A stretch of 57,724 nt of DNA, the filler included, from Sphacelaria rigidula (lineage: Eukaryota): NCBI GenBank assembly GCA_964200075.2. It is 3 parts of 3 records of this genome, joined end to end, with 100 filler letters (N's around TTAATTAATTAA, not from the genome) between each part and the next. Parts side by side here need not be neighbours in the genome. Positions count along the whole stretch, not along the records: positions 19,281 to 38,454 come from CAXNAA020000719.1; positions 38,555 to 57,724 come from CAXNAA020000720.1; 1 more part is not named here. One strand, written 5' to 3'. The notes beneath the pieces were generated by a model. The model was not told the origin of the DNA, did no database searches, and saw only the letters and a program-made list of their open reading frames with translations. Positions 26,990-39,020 of this stretch are shown piece by piece. A program made the position numbers and the translations under genes. Within the stretch, counting starts at the first letter, position 1; each line of letters opens with the position of its first letter.

Positions 26990-28560
26990 ATGCATGGTCA
27001 TGAGTACACCCACCCCCTCCTCCTTGAACCCCCCCCTACATCACCCCTGCCTCGTTTGCCAAACCCTTGTTTGCTCCCGGCTCGCTCGGCTTCGACGCTT
27101 AGAACCCGATTCCTGCACCTGTTGCGGGTCCGCCGCCTGGTTGTTACCCTCCCTCGGCGACCGCAGGATGTCGTTTCTTTCCCTCGGCGCCGCCACCAGC
27201 TCCTTCGCCTCCTCCGGCACCGACAGCGGGGTACACCAGCGGAGCGGCAGGTACAGTTGTTCGGAAAGTTCATAACAGCGCGCCCGCATGTGCAGTGGGT
27301 GCAGCACTCCTCCTTGTACCTTTTCCAGCACGAGTCCACGCCTTGCAACCGTGCTTTTTGGTTGCTGGATCGGGCTGATATCCGCACTTCATGACCCGCG
27401 GTACACCCGAGTTGTCAAGGCGATGAAACTCACGCAGCAGTATTGTCCCTTTCATCTTCCGCCAGCTCGTCGTTGTCGTCCGAACTCGCGGGGGTCGGTG
27501 GTCCACCCCCGTCCTCTGAACTTCATATTCGACGTTCCGCTTTGTTTTCCCTGAGCTTGTATCCGTGATGAGCACGGTGAGATACACCCCTCAGGGATCA
27601 ATTCATTGGCAACAATCTATCAAATACGTCAAATCGATGGATTCAATTTCCGGCTCGAACGCCCCTTGCAAAATTTCCGCTACAGCAGCATCAGCGCGCG
27701 ACCCCAACAGCCAGAATAACATCCCCGGCGGATCACCGCCTCTGCTGACTGCAGGTCCATATTTCAGATGCTCTACCGGATGAGACTGGTGCAGTCGGAG
27801 ACGTTGCCCTCTGTTTCCTCCAACACCGTTGTCGCGGTATGTTTGACTGCCGTAGAGGCGCGCTCGTGCACGAAATGAAACGCTTTCGCTATTATCCTGA
27901 TGCACTGCTCTACGAGTACCATTGACAGCCCCGCGATCTTTCTGCACATGACTGTTTCGTGACGTAGACCCGGCTGAAGCGATCGGCCAACGGCTTCGCC
28001 GCTTGTTGCGTAAGATTACAGTAAAATCACTGATTCCGATGCATCGCATGAGATATGCTGTGCGGACGTCGTTCGTGGGCTGCTGGTGCAACGTTGTGGT
28101 ATGGGCGGCCAACGGCGTGGCTCCTCTCCTCTCCCCCCAGTTCCACGCAAAGAGTCCATACCGCACAGACGGTTCTGCATGAGTTTGAATCCGGGTCGAT
28201 TGGAGATCGACAAGAAAGACAGACCGTCGAACAAAGGGAACGTATTGTTGGCAGAAGCCTGTCAATGACCCGGATTTTCACGTTCATGGCCTGCCTGTAC
28301 ATATCCTAGCATTCCTCCAGTCTATGTGCGGATGCACATGGGGGTGTGTGTCAGCTCTCCCCCGATCGCCAGCTTCGGTCAAAAGGCCAGGACACCTTAA
28401 GCTGTACCCCAGTTCTATTTCCTGCTTACTGCCGGCCTCGTCCGCATACTGTACGGAACTAGTACATCGCGATACAGCAGTGAAAGATAAAGGCACAGCC
28501 CGATCTCCCAGTTCGGCCTGCTCTCTCATCTACGACGATCCCCACGGTACAGTGCGACGT
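26990..28560 (-). pseudogene. Decayed coding relic, possibly the C-terminus of an Academ-like transposase (Cys-rich zinc finger)
   Basis: Frameshifted minus-strand fragments: DPPGMLFWLLGSRADAAVAEILQGAFEPEIE, then KCGYQPDPATKKHGCK / GVDSCWKRYKEECCTHCTCGR...CTC. Confidence 0.25.
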
Positions 28561-28739
28561 CGATCCGTCCAACCCGGAAGGTGCTCGTCAAACCGCAAGT
28601 AATCTCGCGTCGATATTTTCATCTGACGTTCACCGAAAGCTCTAGTAGAAGACTCGGGTCCGTTCTGAAACTATCGGCGACATATCGTTTGTGCATAATT
28701 TCGATGTTCTCCTCAACAGATACATTTTTTGGCCGTATT

Positions 28740-29010
28740 GGATACGATAGGGTCGCACTCATCACTGTCTCACTGATTTCTTCACTGTAGTTTTGTCACG
28801 ACTTACTTAGTCTGCTATGTCTTTCTGTTCGACCCCTCTTTTTTTCTTTTCTTTTCTTCCTATTCCTATTGTTTTCTGTTCCTTCTTCTTCTTTTTTTTT
28901 CCGTAGAGCGTGTTTGAATTCCGTTTTTCTTGAGTACGTCTATTATGAGACCACGGCTGGACCCCTGGGGGGTCAGTTGAAGTGCGACAATCAATCAGTC
29001 AATCAATCAA
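28740..29010 (+). mobile_element. LINE/SINE 3'-end fragment with (CAAT)n tail
   Basis: Pyrimidine-rich tract, then gaccacggctgg...cctggg...gtgcgacaatcaatcagtcaatcaatcaa. Resembles the 3' end at 21105-21160. Confidence 0.5.
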
Positions 29011-29207
29011 GTAGAGTCCCACACGGCATTGGAGTCGACTGTAGAGTACAGTCAGCCTGTACGCAGACCAGCGACACGACCAAAACCAGCGATTCCGCCA
29101 GTGCTACAGGTTTCCGGTATGGATATACAGGTCTGCTGCACGGTTCGGAGGTTTGCGGGTACTCGGAGGTGTCGACGAACCCAGCAGAGAAGCGGATTTG
29201 AACCTTC

Positions 29208-30865
29208 CACACCCTGGACAATACAAAATGTTTCCAATATATATTAGTCGATCATATTGGAATTTTGCGATATAGTGCCGGCGTAATATATACTGGTACC
29301 CTTGGACTGCAAACGTATGGCGCGCCCAATGTATGTTGATGTCGTGGGACTGCATACATATTGCCCGCCCAGTATATATTGGTACTGTGGGGTTGAACAC
29401 ATATTGTCCCATCAATATATATTGGGGCAGCGGGGGCGAGAGCGTATTGGACGACCAATATATATTAGGGTCGCACTGATGGAAACATGTTGACCGGTCA
29501 ATATATATTGGGTCTGCGTGAGTGCTAATGTATTGGCCGGTCAATATATATATTGGATATTATAATTATGGTGTACCGGTACGCTGTAAGAAAGGTCCAG
29601 ACGCGATGGATGCTGGAGCCCGTCCAGATTGGGAAAAGCTTTACAGGGAGCTGCAGAAGTCCGCGTGCATTACTACGGAGAGTTGTTGAATGCGCTGACG
29701 TATATATATATATATATATATACTGGTCAGAGAGTATGGTGACAGAAGAGGCGACCCGGTATATACGCCTTCTGATACCTATATAGCCACCGGTGCGAGA
29801 CCGCCCATCCCCTTTACAGCATGTAATTCTTATATCTTGGCTAAACATCACGATGACAGAAAACGCGGGTTGATATGCGCCTTTTGGTACGCCTGTGATC
29901 ACTGGGGCTGTGTTGCTTATACCCTGGACAATACAATATGTTCCAATATGATCCCAATACTTTGTATTGGAGCCAGCTTGAACATTGTCCTTTCAATATA
30001 TATTGTGTTGAGATGTCCTCGGATACATTGAACCAACAACACATATTGCTCCTGTCATGATCATGAAGTAATGTATGACAGTATTTATTGGACATGCATT
30101 TGCTCCGGGAATAAAACTTTCAATATATATTGTGCATGCCGGCCGTGTACGTATTGAAGTGTCAATATATATTGAGTCGAAGCGATGCGTAGCATATTGT
30201 TACCATAGTATATATTGAACGCAAACCATGCAAAAGTATTGTTTTTCCAATATATGTTGCGCACGCTCATCGCGTAGCTATTGTGCAGCACATATATATA
30301 TTGAACACGCTTGCGGAGGAATATATTGAGCGTTTTCGGCATGTGGTGACACACCTTTAAATGGCGCCCGTGAACATAGAGTTGCCCATTATACTAATTC
30401 CAATACACTTTCCAATTTACATGTTGAAAATCAAAATATGTTGCCACACCAATATGTATTGTGACCGTCGGTTCCCTCGTGTATTGTCCGTCCAATATAT
30501 ATTGGACGCATTGACGCACGAAATATTGGGGCGGCAATATATATTGGCGCTTCGGGTGTTGAGTGTATTGAATCGTCAATATATATTGACCTCGTGTGAC
30601 AGCTAGTATATTACTCGGCAAATATATATTGGCGCTTTTTCGCACCAACATATTACTCGGCCAATATATATTGAGGTGGCGCGTGTCGTGATATATTGTT
30701 CGGTCGATATATATTGCATGTCGCGGGCCTTGACATATTGATGGCACAATAAATATTGACCCTCTCTCTTCCCATTATATTGCTCGCCCAATATATATTG
30801 ACCACCCGACGCGTCGACATATTGTGCGGGCAATATATATTACATATTGTATTGTCCAGGGTGTG
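29208..30865. mobile_element. Non-autonomous hAT-like DNA transposon (copy 2, no nested insertions)
   Basis: TIRs CACACCCTGGACAATACAA ... TTGTATTGTCCAGGGTGTG with a perfect 8-bp TSD gaaccttc (29200-29207 / 30866-30873). Inverted homolog of 4907-8280. Confidence 0.88.
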
Positions 30866-32250
30866 GAACCTTCCGACGATGAAGTGCTGTACATTATACT
30901 ATCTGTCTTGTGTCTTTGTAAACCGGGTGGCGCGTGTTGTGAGTAACGGTTGGCTGTTGCTCAAAACGGATTGCCGACGCGAATTAACCTCACCTTCAAT
31001 TTTTATTCTTCCTTCACCGCACCATCGTCCCTCCTGCCTTCACAGCTGTCTTCATGCAGGTATCAACATGCACTCCCATGAAAATCCCGCTCCTTGTGTC
31101 CCTCAGCGCGTGAGCTCTGATGTTCTTGGCCACAGTTTTATGGTAGCTCCATTTCACCAGAATATGACAAAAAAATATGGACTGCAAGCGTGTGCACGGT
31201 TGTATACCGACATAGTTTGCAGTCAAATCATTCAACACTATCTACCACGGTTAAGAAGGAGCAGATGCACATATTTTCCCTTCGTGCACCGTTCAGTTGC
31301 GCTGCGGTTCTCGCCCTATCCACGCGACACGACAAGGGTTGTAAGGAATCCGGTGTTCGGGCTATTCCCCCACCGACACGGCATAAATGCACTGTCCGCC
31401 GTGCAGCAACGCCCTCCCGGCGGGAAGGCCGTCAGTTTCTTTTCGGCGCGCTGTTTTTTTCGCCGTAGGCAGGAAACATCAGCGGGCAAGTTTCTTCGCC
31501 GTAAGGCTACTTCTCATCAGGGGGGGGAACCCGTTCCCAAGACTTGTTTTCTGTGGGTCTTTTCGACCGAGAGTATAATAAACAGGGAATATTTTTTTCC
31601 TGAATGAGCTCTTTATGGACGCCGGGTGAGGGGAGGGGAGGGGAGGGGGGGGTTAGCTCTCAAGTTGTATGCCCTGAAACAACTCTTGACGGAAACTTTT
31701 CTTTTCCAAAAACAAAAAGTGCCACTTTGACCGTTCGACAGCTTTTTCCACATGTTGAGACGGCCTAGTAGATATCGCCACCTCGAAATGACTTGCTTTT
31801 CTGTCCAATAGGATTCCGGCGCACTTGAATGAATTGTGGTGAGTGCAGTTTTGACCCTGGGTCGAAAAAATCACGGGAGAAAAACCTCCCTCATTCCAGA
31901 AGGTGCCCCTCAAAACGTTCTCTTTCGGGGATCGAAAACGTGTTCATGTCTTCTTTGTCCGGCTCAGGTGTGCCCAAATAATCACTTGCGCCGAAAATGT
32001 TCTTGTTCCTGCAACAAGCAGTGGAAGAAAAAGAGGACTACACGACAGAATCGTGTTTTGGTGGTAAAAACTCAACAGCTTCCCAACTACAACCATCCTT
32101 CGATCAAGGCTGGCGTCGCCGGAGAGATTCGCTCCAAGCAGACGTTAGTACCGCAGGAGACACTTCTCACCATAGCCCCCCCCCCCCCCGCCCCCAAACG
32201 TGGCTGGTTTCCGGAAGCAAAATCCACACGTACATCGAAGTGAAAGAAGC

Positions 32251-32422
32251 CGAGCACAACGAGCAGCTGGGAGTCCCAACGCTTGGGTTCGTTTCCGCCA
32301 ATGTCGCCCGTATGAGAAACTTCATGCAGCCTGAAACCAAACATCAGGCGCTGTATGGCAATTTGTTTCGTGACACTTTTGGGCTGGTTTTTTGGGGGGG
32401 GGGCTATCGTAGAATGTGTCAG
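32251..32422 (+). repeat. Dispersed repeat, homologous to 38703-38870
   Basis: Both loci share gccaatgtcgcc-x-gtatgag...tcatgcagcctgaa...aacatc-x-ggcgctgta...gacact...gctggtttt. Confidence 0.7.
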
Positions 32423-33369
32423 GAGACATCCCTGGTTTCGGCTGTTTTTCGAGGGCTGGTTCGAAGCGGTGGAAATGTGTTTCTCTTTGTTTTGTGGAAC
32501 GGCTGGCACATGAAATAATGGTGCTTTTTTGAAGGGTTCAGACGGTAACGGAACGGTACTAGTTTTTATTTCTTGAAAGAAACGCACTGCGTGCTGTGTA
32601 GAGCACTGCCGTACACAGTGGGCTTTTTCGGACTATTTTGGCACTCGACCTCTCATCCCACGAAAGACCCCGTACTGCACTGTCTATAGTTAGAGCATGT
32701 AATGGGGTACCGTATCCATTCGTCGGGTAATCGACTACCCTCTTTGAATAGGCCTGATTGCGTCACCAGAAAACCCTGTGCATGCTCTGTTTCATAACAA
32801 AGCAGGGTGCCGCCTCTCTTCGCCGTGGCTGGAGCGGGAATTGGGGCCCTCTACATCCTGCTTGACGCCGTGAGTCTGTCGTCACCGCAGCTATCGTCGT
32901 GCAAGAAAAAAAGGTCTTGTGCATATTGATTGCTGTACACTGTGTTCCTCTAGTGATCATGGTGTTTGAACGGCGTGTGTGTCAAGAGCCTGTGCCGAGT
33001 GTTATTGCCATGAAAATGACGCTTCTGGGGGTGAAATCAAGTGGGCTCCCTAAATGTTAGTTCTTGTTGGTATGTCCTGATCCGGATCATGAGCTAGCTC
33101 TTTTGGCCTCCTGTTTCATATTTGCTCCCCACAGCGCTGGACGCCGAGCATGCAGGACAGCGCGAAGGTAGCGCTTTGGCTTCTCTGGCCCCGCTGTCAC
33201 ATATCTTGTGTCTCTTGGACAACGAATCTGAGAGTCCTCTTCGATTAATCTCCTTTAGGTAGCTCATCAGCTGCCCGACGTGTGGAAACGACCTTAATAC
33301 CGGAAGCATACTGTGGTCGTCCTCGTGTTGTTGATGTGAGAACCATACGCTAGTTGTGCTGAAAAATTC

Positions 33370-33831
33370 CAGGGCTATTCACGTCACACGTCACACGTTC
33401 ACGTTACGTTCATCACGTAGAAAAAAATTGACGTTCACGTTACGTGACGTGTGTCGCGTAAAAAACTAAAACATTACGTTAACGTTTCATTTGAAAATTT
33501 CACGTTGTTACGTTCATCACGTAATTTGTTTTTCACCTTACGTTAACGTTACATTTGAAATTTCACGTTACGTTCACGTTACGTTCACGTTACGTTCATC
33601 ACGTAAAACAAAATTAACGTTACGTTAACGTTACATTTGAAAATTTCACGTTGTTACGTTCATCACGTAATTTGTTTTTTACCTCACGTTAACGTTACAT
33701 TTGAAATTTCACGTCACGTTCACGTTACGTTCATCACGTAAAACAAAATTAACGTTCACGTTACGTTTCGGCCAAAACATAACGTTAACGTAACGTGTAA
33801 CGCTATGGCACGTGTAACGTGTATAGCGCTG
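33370..33831. mobile_element. hAT-like MITE made of ACGT-rich tandem motifs
   Basis: TIR CAG(G/C)GCTAT(T/A)CACGT with a perfect 8-bp TSD aaaaattc (33362-33369 / 33832-33839). The interior is TTCACG/TTACG/TAACG repeats with an internal block duplication. Confidence 0.85.
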
Positions 33832-35359
33832 AAAAATTCCGCCCTCAACCACGTGGGCCTCATTGTTTAGCGCTACTATCGCAGCTTCTTAGCTTTTGTG
33901 AGAACACCTTCCCGTGCGGTGTGGACTCGTACAGTGTTCCGTCGGCAGGATAGACCCAGCAACGCTTTGCGCTGCATACACCCGAGCAGAACAATCGCAA
34001 ATCGTTCAAACCCGCGGGGCAGTTCAGAAAGGGCTACTGTACGGATCTGAAACGCTTTCCTCCGCTGATCAAGCCCGTTCGGCAAACAAAGAAGGGAAAA
34101 AAAACACGTGTACTTTGTTGGTAAAGCATATGTGCCTACTGAACATGCTGACGAACTGCCGCCATGGACGGTTTCGTGTATTTACGACTACGGAGTCCAC
34201 TTGCCAGACACTGCCGATGATTTTTCGCCTCTTCATGGCAGGCACTGGAGACTCCCCTCGAGAAACGACAGCCGACCTGGAGAGATGTTTTTCTGGGTAT
34301 CTCGCTCTTCAGTTTTCAGGTACTGCTGCCGAGTGTCATTCTGTTTCGTGTTTTTGTCGCCAGAGGTGTGCATCTGGGTCCTTTGTGTGCAAAGCAAGCA
34401 GAAATGCAGTTCCTCGACAGGATGTTGGTCATGAGGAAGAAAAAGGCATTGTTTCCCGACCATTTTCTGCCTCGGGGGTCGGTCATGGTTACGGCTGTTA
34501 TTGTACTGTTTTCTCGCCGCTGTCATGTTCACTCGTGTATTTATCACTGTGGATATATGTCGCATGTATTGTTAACACGTTCGCCCACGTTCGCCTACGC
34601 GTGGCATTTTTCAATTGCCTGCAGTATTTGGGACACGACTAGCCAGTACCGTCAAACGCGAAGCGTACCATCTCCTGGCTTCAAGCCTCTGGGGTTCCCG
34701 ATAATTTATCTCACCCTGGGGGTGTTCATCATCTTTGACGTCAAAACATATATGGCGAGAAAGAAGGGGTTCCTTCACCCAAGCGTTGGCCCAACTTGAC
34801 CTTGCTCGAGGAAATCAAGTAGAACGTGGCCTGATCTCGTGCGCTCTTGTGTTCAAACGGTTCAAGTCGACTCATATCAGTATAGAAGTGATCGAAAGCG
34901 GTAAGGATACGCCCAGAAAATGGGATAATCACTCACAGTATTTCCAATTCGGCGGGGACCACCACACCCGGAGACAACAATAGAAGCCAGACAAGAAGAA
35001 GCCCGAAACACTGATGATGGGTTTTAGCGCTTCTACTCTACAGTTGCGGTGGTTTTTGCTGAAGATGGTCGGTCGAGCAAGTGAGCTCGGACGGGCTCGC
35101 TCAAAGGCCTAAGGTTCCATACAGTGGCCATACCCATCGACCATGACAAAATCCTGTCTAATTTCGAGCGCTGATGACCACCCATGCCCAACGCATCGTG
35201 CACGCACCACGACCCGACAACGATCGCCGCTATATCGTACGTCATCCCACCTATTTTCATCAACGACAACAAGTAGCACCTACTCGGTAAATTTACGGAA
35301 ATATCAGTCATCAGTATCGCACGTGTATATTCACTGGACAATACGTGGCCGCCGCGCGG

Positions 35360-35550
35360 GTGATGTACTATAATGGTCCGACTGTCGCCATTAGGGTGGA
35401 GAGAACGGGGGTTCGATTCCCGATTCGTTGTGTTTTTTCTNNNNNNNNCAAAGTAGTCGACTGGGTTTGTGTGACGTGAGTTGACGCGGTGGGGGAGTGC
35501 TGACCCAATCCGCGAGACCAGAGTTCAAAGTGTGAGGAAAACAAATAAAG
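35360..35550 (+). mobile_element. tRNA-derived SINE-like repeat family A (internally deleted copy)
   Basis: tRNA-like head with B box GGTTCGATTCCC (35410-35421). Collinear with the reverse complement of 45870-46150. Confidence 0.65.
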
Positions 35551-36272
35551 ATACCCTTCTCTCACTCGTGTGTCAGAATTACGACATATTTTGCCATGGA
35601 CAATGACGACCGATAGTATAATTCATGGCGCCACAATCACATCACGAGAAAGGAATATCACTCAGAAAACTCCTTGAGACCACAGGCATAGAACTGCAGG
35701 TAATAACCTGCACGTGTTTTTCACCTACCTGGCGTAAACGTATATCTGGATTTGCTCCGTATACGCACAAGGATTTGAAAAAAACGAATACCATACATTC
35801 GTACTGAAGATGTTTAGAAGCAATATTATTTCGTGGGGATGCATGTAAAAAACAGAATGTTATTCGCATGTTTCACCCGTGTGTACTAATTTTGTTTCGA
35901 GACTACTCAGTTCAATGTTTGATATTTTTATGGACATCAGTCATAGTTCACTACAAGTACGCCCTCTTTCTGTACTGTTGCCATCTATTCCCCTTGTTAG
36001 ACTTTCAGCAACGTTAGTTTGCCTCAGGAGTACTTGGCAATCATTAAGCTCAGTGACGAAAAATAGTCGGCACCAGGCACCCACGGGTCCACAAACTCAC
36101 ACACACACGCACACACACACACGCACACAAGCACACAGACTGCAGCCAGAGAAAGGCTTGACGCATCTATCATCCTTTCCCCGCCTACTGCATGTTTTCT
36201 TACTCCTTTTCTTTTTTCGTTTTCTGTGCCATGGCGCGCGACGCGACTCGTGTGTCACCAACACGATGGCAG

Positions 36273-38104
36273 TACTACCTCAGTGGCGCCTTGGTGGCAT
36301 CGGAGTGTCCGTACTGGGTGCTGGTTGCATCGCTATCCGTGATATCTGAGCGAATGTTCTGGGTCTTCGACTCCACCATGGTGGGGTTTCTTGTTTCCCT
36401 GGCCACCGCCTTGTTGGGTCCCGCAGTAGAGGTGCGTTATCGACGTCCCGGGCGGTGTATGTTCGTGCTCGTTGCACATGTGATTGATCCATTGGTTGGT
36501 CGGTTAGTTGAGTGGTTGGTCGGTTAGTTCAGTGGTTAATTGGTTGGTTGGCTGAGTGCTTGCTTGGTTGGTTCGTTGGTTCGTTGACCAGTTGAGTGAT
36601 TGACTGGTTGACCAGTTGATTCATCGGTTGATTGGTTAATTGGTTGATTGGTTCGTTGGTTGACTGGTCGGTTGGCTACTTGGTTAGTGAGTGATGCTAC
36701 GGTAGGGTTGCACTTTTTGAGCGAAAATGTTTCTCGGGGTGTTGCACGGATCATTTTGAGAATCGGCATCATGTCCATTCGAACAAGACTGAAAATGATG
36801 CCGATTCACGAAAAGGCCCCTGTGTGCATCTCCATGTCCTGTCCCCGGAGATTTGGGCTGCACAGTAAGCTCCATATATTTGGGCTCCTACAAAAACGAG
36901 ACCCAGAAACAAAAAGTGCAACCCCTATCGTAGCACAGCTCTAGTTGGCTGGCTGATTGGCTGGTCGATTGGCTGGTCGGTTGGTCAGTTGGTTGGTCGG
37001 TCGGTCAGTTGGTTGGTTGGTCGGTCGGTCAGTTGGTTGGTTGGTTGGTCGGTCGGTCGGTCGGTCAGTTATTTGGTTGGTTGGTCGGTCGGTCAGTTGG
37101 TTGGTTGGTTGGTCGGTCGGTCGGTCGGTCAGTTATTTGGTTGTTTGGTTGATTGGTTGGTTCGTTCGTTCGTCGGTTGGTTAGTTGGTTGGCTGGTCGG
37201 CCGGTTGGTTGGTTAGTTGGCTGGTTGGCTGGTTGGTTTGATTGATTCGCTACAAATCGATCTGTGGTCGCAAAACAGACGTACAGCCCAGCGTAGAACA
37301 CGGAAACACGCGCTTAACAGAAGACGACAGGGGTGAGGATGGCAGGAACATTGAGTAGGCATCTCTACATGGAGAGAGAGCGAAACGTATATTTTGGTAG
37401 GGTCCTGTTGCTAAGGTGGAATTAAACTGAGCAAATGCAAGGAACAAAAACGTGTGTTCATGACCCCATAACCCTCATCATTCGGTGCATTGCCCTCGAA
37501 ACGCGATTCGGGACAATTGTTGTGGCTACGTTCTTCATGTTGTGGTGTCAGGCTATGGTCACCCTACCGAGGACGTTCTCGCACTGGCGGCTACAGCGCT
37601 TTTTCCAACGCAGCTCCACACTAATTGCATATCTAACTATCGCTGCGTGGCCCGTGCCTCGAAATGGGATCTACTACAAGCCTGTGTCCGCTCCCGATGA
37701 TCACACTTTTTCAAAGTAGGCGCGATTGTTTAGTCACCCAGGAAATGGAAACCCTGTGGCTCTCGCACATACCACAGCTCGCATTTATGAGATACTTGAC
37801 GTCGACAGTTCACTTGTGGGCTACTTTTCTCGGAATTTGCTGTCGTGAACCCCAAACACGAGCACGTCAAAGGTGAACTACTCCCTGTGTAGACATTACT
37901 TGGCACGTAGGATGTCTTGGTTTTGGCTTGCAAGTCCTATCAACACCGCCCCTCAGCCCTTTCCCCCCAACGCCACTGCTCGCTCGGGCAAATGTCCACG
38001 TAATGCTTATCATACCCATTTTATCGCAGGTGATTCTGGTTAACGCCACCGATTTGTATGTTTATAACGGTGCCGACATTTTGGGGGTTGACAGCTGGAT
38101 CCCG
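36273..38104 (+). CDS. INSIG-like (insulin-induced gene family) multi-pass membrane protein, two internal exons
   Basis: Exons 36273-36431 and 38030-38104 (both phase 0) give YYLSGALVA...MFWVFDSTMVGFLVSLATALLGPAVE|VILVNATDLYVYNGADILGVDSWIP. This matches the INSIG pattern FD-x-T-xx-GF...L-x-T-A...Y-x-Y-xx-xD...W-I/L-P. Other exons were not identified. Confidence 0.65.
36490..37246. repeat. Degenerate (GGTT/GGTC)n tetranucleotide tracts in intron
   Basis: Tracts at ~36490-36690 and ~36945-37246. Confidence 0.9.
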
Positions 38105-38454
38105 GTGAGACAAGGACGAGTCGAATCTAGTGTTGTGTGACGAACGATCAGTCGCTTTCATTGTTTTGTCTTGTTTTGCTTTACTTTTTGCCATTGCTTA
38201 TTGCTTGCATACGCGTGGGAGGCGTTATTTTCGTACGTGGTAGGGATGTCGCTGCTTGTTTCGTCTGTTCGTGATACTCCCAGTACCACGGAGCATGTGA
38301 CTCAGTACCACCGGGCGATGAGCTCCCGAGCCCCGAAACCTTATCACTCCCGCGAAGGTGCTATTCAGGGAGTGGTATACAATGTACCCCGATGTAGTGT
38401 TCTAGATACCGACGTGCTGTAAAAAAAACTGGATGTCTGTGACGAGGGGGGAGG

Positions 38455-38554
38455 NNNNNNNNNNNNNNNNNNNNNNNNNNNNNNNNNNNNNNNNNNNNTT
38501 AATTAATTAANNNNNNNNNNNNNNNNNNNNNNNNNNNNNNNNNNNNNNNNNNNN
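38455..38554. other. Assembly gap with artificial TTAATTAATTAA linker
   Basis: N runs flank the same linker as at 19181-19280. Confidence 0.95.
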
Positions 38555-38702
38555 CCTAAGGACCTGAAAATTCCGGTTTGAGTTAAAAAAAACATTTTAT
38601 TTTAGGAACATTTTCAACAATACCCCCCCCCCCCAAAAAAAAAAAAAAAAGTGCATGGTTTTGGGAGGCAAAATCTTCACCTAAAACGAAATGGGAAACG
38701 CC

Positions 38703-38870
38703 AAGCACAAGGAGAAGCTGAGAATTTCCACGCGTGAGTTCGTTCTAGCCAATGTCGCCAGTATGAGGCGCGTCATGCAGCCTGAACCCGAACATCGGGC
38801 GCTGTAAGGCCATTTTTTTCGAGACACTTGTAGCTGGTTTTGGAGGGGCGCTGTCGTAAAAAGTGTCTGG
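38703..38870 (+). repeat. Dispersed repeat, homologous to 32251-32422
   Basis: Direct similarity over ~170 bp. Confidence 0.7.
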
Positions 38871-39020
38871 GGTATATCAAATATTGACGGAAACACTACA
38901 CGGCATATTCCAAGCTGTACCCGGACCTGAGGTTTACCCGACTTGACCCTAAACATATCTGATTCGACTTTCCCCCGCCGCATCCTCCCCCACGGCCCGC
39001 GCGCGCGCGTCGTCTGGCAG

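Noticed and set aside
30756-34799. ORFs of 135-283 aa (e.g. 30756..31607, 33914..34642)
   Set aside because: No recognisable domains or splice-consistent structure, and the first begins inside a transposon end. Upstream INSIG-like exons could hide here but could not be supported.
36536-37301. ORFs with LVGW/TNQP repeats
   Set aside because: Translations of the (GGTT)n microsatellite.
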